A stretch of 15,996 nucleotides of DNA from a virus. Under the pieces are notes generated by a model. That model ran no database searches. It worked only from the letters and a program-made list of their open reading frames with translations, and was not told where the DNA came from. The stretch lies in IMG/VR virus record IMGVR_UViG_3300045988_124588, one strand, 5' to 3'. This document shows positions 14,682 through 15,996 of the stretch, one piece after another. Numbering within the stretch: the first letter of the stretch is position 1; every line of letters begins with the position of its first letter. The translations under genes and the position numbers were made by a program.

Positions 14682-15047
14682 ATGACAACAGCAACATTAA
14701 GCCCGCAAGCACAGGTAAAGTCCAATGAGGGCAAGGGCAATGGCCTTCAGTCGATTGTGACGCAAAATATGCGTATTGCCATGGCGATGCGCGGCGTATC
14801 GCAAAAGGACTTGGCGGCGGCGATGGGATTTAATCCATCTGCGATTTCGCAGAAGATGACTGGCCGCGTTTTGTGGAACCTTGAGGATATAGAAAAAGCC
14901 TCCGGTTTCTTCAATGTGAAACCGGAGGCATTGGTAGCGGGGCATGGATTTGAACCATGGACCTCTGGGTATCCCAGAGGTCCCAAGGTTCAAATCCATG
15001 CCCCGGAGCGCCTTCCGGCTGATTTTGGCTTCACTTTAGCCGCGTAG
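14682..15047 (+). CDS. Immunity repressor candidate, XRE-family HTH, circular (viral) form of 121 aa ending in ...TLAA; attP core embedded in its 3' end
   Basis: The HTH is SQKDLAAAMGFNPSAISQKMTGR, paralogous to the divergent 78-aa protein. It lies upstream of and co-oriented with int. The last ~27 codons read through the tRNA-like palindrome. The track start at 14646 is TTG, but ATG 14682 fits the promoter. Confidence 0.7.
   Translation: MTTATLSPQAQVKSNEGKGNGLQSIVTQNMRIAMAMRGVSQKDLAAAMGFNPSAISQKMTGRVLWNLEDIEKASGFFNVKPEALVAGHGFEPWTSGYPRGPKVQIHAPERLPADFGFTLAA
14893..14929 (-). terminator. Intrinsic terminator on the minus strand, immediately 3' of the tRNA-like fragment
   Basis: A perfect 12-bp stem (gcctccggtttc / gaaaccggaggc) with an 8-nt loop at 14898..14929 is followed on the minus strand by TTTTT (14897..14893). 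It begins 3 nt after the CCA of the tRNA mimic. Confidence 0.6.
14932..14970 (-). other. attP core candidate: mimic of a tRNA 3' portion (anticodon-stem 3' strand, variable loop, T-arm, acceptor 3' strand, discriminator A, CCA)
   Basis: The minus strand reads a-cccag-aggtc-catgg-ttcaaat-ccatg-ccccgct-a-cca. It has a perfect 5-bp T-stem and a TTCAAAT T-loop. No matching 5' acceptor strand or D-arm is present, so it is a fragment and not a gene. Confidence 0.7.
14939..15004. repeat. Near-perfect 66-bp palindrome made of the tRNA-like fragment and an inverted degenerate copy
   Basis: The left arm 14939..14969 and right arm 14973..15004 are complementary except ccat versus cccaa in the T-stem position. 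The centre is t-a-t at 14970..14972. Confidence 0.9.
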
Positions 15048-15066
15048 GTGGTCAAGATGGTGTGCC

Positions 15067-15894
15067 ATGACGAAAAACAGGGTAGCGCCCCCGTTATGGC
15101 GTGAGGATATTGATGGTTGGCTGGTTGCGCTGAAGGCGGGCGGTCGAAGCGAGCAGACGCTTTTGACCCGACGACGAAAGATGGCATATGCGGCCTGTTG
15201 CCTAGATGCCGGCCCCTATGACGTGACCTGCGAACGAATCACCGCTTGGTTCGCCGCACAGGAATGGAAACCGGAGACGCGCAAGGCTTACCGCAACACT
15301 TTGTCCAGCTTTTTCGGCTGGTTGCAACAGATGGGACGGCGCGCGGATAATCCCAGCGACGGTTTGCCGAAGGTCAAGCGTCCGCGCCCCCACCCGCGTC
15401 CTTGCCCGGACAAAGTGATTCTGGCCGCGTTGGCGCATGCCACACCCGAGGAGCGGCTTATGTTGCGGCTCGGTGCCGAGTGCGGCTTACGCCGTGGTGA
15501 GATAGGGCGCGTGTCCAGCGACGACGTGATGGACGATCTGGTTGGCCACAGCTTGGTGGTCAACGGCAAGGGTGACAAACAGCGCATAGTGCCCTTGCCC
15601 GATGATCTGGCCGATGAGATTGCCACACATGACGGCTACACGTTTCCCGGACGTTTCGGGGGCCACGTCGAGGAAAGCTATGTAGGTGACCGCCTATCGC
15701 GTTTGCTGGGCGATGGGTGGACGGCCCATAGTTTGCGGCACCGTTATGCGACGGTGACGTGGCAGGCCACGCACGATCTGCTATTGGTCTCCAAGCTGCT
15801 CGGCCATGCGAGCGTGGAGACCACGCAGGTGTACGTGGCGATGCCCGACGCGCGGTTGCGCGCCGGGCTTGACGCGGTGGTGTTGGCCGGTTAG
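15067..15894 (+). CDS. int: Tyrosine recombinase / integrase (275 aa, XerC/D-sized, SAM-like N-domain)
   Basis: Catalytic signature: LRLGAECGLRRGE (Arg), GKGDKQRIVPL (Lys), AHSLRHRYAT (His-x-x-Arg), LGHASVETTQVYV (His and Tyr). Its stop TAG at 15892..15894 overlaps the convergent lysin stop. Confidence 0.9.
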   Translation: MTKNRVAPPLWREDIDGWLVALKAGGRSEQTLLTRRRKMAYAACCLDAGPYDVTCERITAWFAAQEWKPETRKAYRNTLSSFFGWLQQMGRRADNPSDGLPKVKRPRPHPRPCPDKVILAALAHATPEERLMLRLGAECGLRRGEIGRVSSDDVMDDLVGHSLVVNGKGDKQRIVPLPDDLADEIATHDGYTFPGRFGGHVEESYVGDRLSRLLGDGWTAHSLRHRYATVTWQATHDLLLVSKLLGHASVETTQVYVAMPDARLRAGLDAVVLAG

Positions 15895-15996
15895 CCGAGT
15901 CGCTGGTTTACGATCTGCTGCACCTTGTCGTAGTTCGCTCCTAGTTTCGCGCGGCGTTCCGCGCCGACGCCGTACTCGCCGCGAATCACGGCGTCG
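15891..15996 (-). CDS. C-terminal end of the endolysin (last CW_7 repeat and stop), continuation of feature 1..746 across the circular junction
   Basis: The minus-strand translation is ...DAVIRGEYGVGAERRAKLGANYDKVQQIVNQRLG followed by TAA (15893..15891). It is in frame with 1..746 when 15921 is joined to 1 (777 nt, 258 aa). Confidence 0.8.
   Translation of the reverse strand, partial: DAVIRGEYGVGAERRAKLGANYDKVQQIVNQRLG
15898..15996. repeat. Third copy of the CW_7-encoding repeat
   Basis: 15898..15996 is identical to 124..222, and 15922..15996 is identical to 1..75. Confidence 0.95.

Larger units (their letters stand above)
1..15996. mobile_element. Complete circularly permuted genome of a small temperate siphovirus-like phage or prophage-type element (unit ~15,921 bp)
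   Basis: 1..75 is identical to 15922..15996. The lysin ORF leaves the window at position 1 and its C-terminus and stop lie at 15996..15891. The gene order closes on itself as lysis, tail, head, packaging, early genes, switch, integrase, lysis. No flanking host genes are present. Confidence 0.8.

Noticed and set aside
14932-15012. A complete tRNA gene on the minus strand
   Set aside because: Only the 3' portion (anticodon-stem 3' strand to CCA) is tRNA-like. The sequence where the 5' half should be is the inverted copy of the same 3' half. No strand complementary to ccccgct (agcgggg or ggcgggg) and no D-arm is present, and the would-be anticodon loop is 3 nt long.
15003-15026. Plus-strand intrinsic terminator between rep and int (ccgga-gcgcct-tccgg followed by ctgatttt)
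   Set aside because: The stem is only 5 bp, the T-run is 4 nt and interrupted, and the structure lies inside the rep ORF upstream of its stop. It is too weak to call. The large palindrome just upstream is the more likely RNA structure, if any.
15880-15894. An ssrA-like degradation tag on the integrase C-terminus, as reported for Int in integration-dependent immunity phages
   Set aside because: Int ends in ...AVVLAG, not in AA. The resemblance is too loose to claim without data.
1-15996. Gene transfer agent (GTA) or capsid-forming satellite (cf-PICI-like) interpretation of the small, replication-less structural cluster
   Set aside because: GTAs lack an integrase, an attP, an immunity switch and a self-contained circular genome. 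cf-PICIs lack tail genes and carry replication and primase genes. This element has a full tail, lysis cassette, repressor/Cro switch, Xis, Int and attP, so a small temperate phage is the simpler reading.

Overview
The window is one complete, circularly permuted copy of a small temperate siphovirus-like element of about 15.9 kb. It has roughly 60% GC and Actinomycetota-style SD sites (AGGAGG/AAGGA). A Bifidobacterium-like host is a low-confidence guess. The first 75 nt (1..75) are identical to the last 75 nt (15922..15996). The endolysin gene runs off the window start and finishes at the window end, so the sequence is a circle or concatemer with a unit of about 15,921 bp.

One minus-strand operon of about 14 kb is linked by ATGA/GTGA start-stop overlaps. 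In transcription order it encodes a Cro-like XRE regulator, small unknown proteins, a roughly 500-bp non-coding island, a 113-aa unknown protein, an Xis-like HTH protein and an HNH endonuclease. These are followed by TerS, TerL, portal, a fused prohead protease-major capsid protein and head-tail joining proteins. The operon ends with the major tail protein, an HK97 gp10-like protein, tail chaperones G and G-T (-1 frameshift), the tape measure, two tail-tip proteins, a holin, and an amidase endolysin with CW_7 repeats. The plus strand carries only a second XRE repressor-like gene and a tyrosine integrase.

Main points of interest:
1. The attP-like tRNA 3'-end mimic, with its own terminator, lies antisense inside the 3' end of the repressor-like gene. 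That gene's circular-form product ends in ...LAA. This matches the integration-dependent immunity architecture known from a few mycobacteriophages.
2. No recognisable DNA replication gene is present, although the virion, lysis and lysogeny modules are complete.
3. The protease-capsid fusion has an internal SD plus ATG.
4. A 500-bp non-coding island carries repeated hairpins.
5. Several tandem repeats may be unstable.
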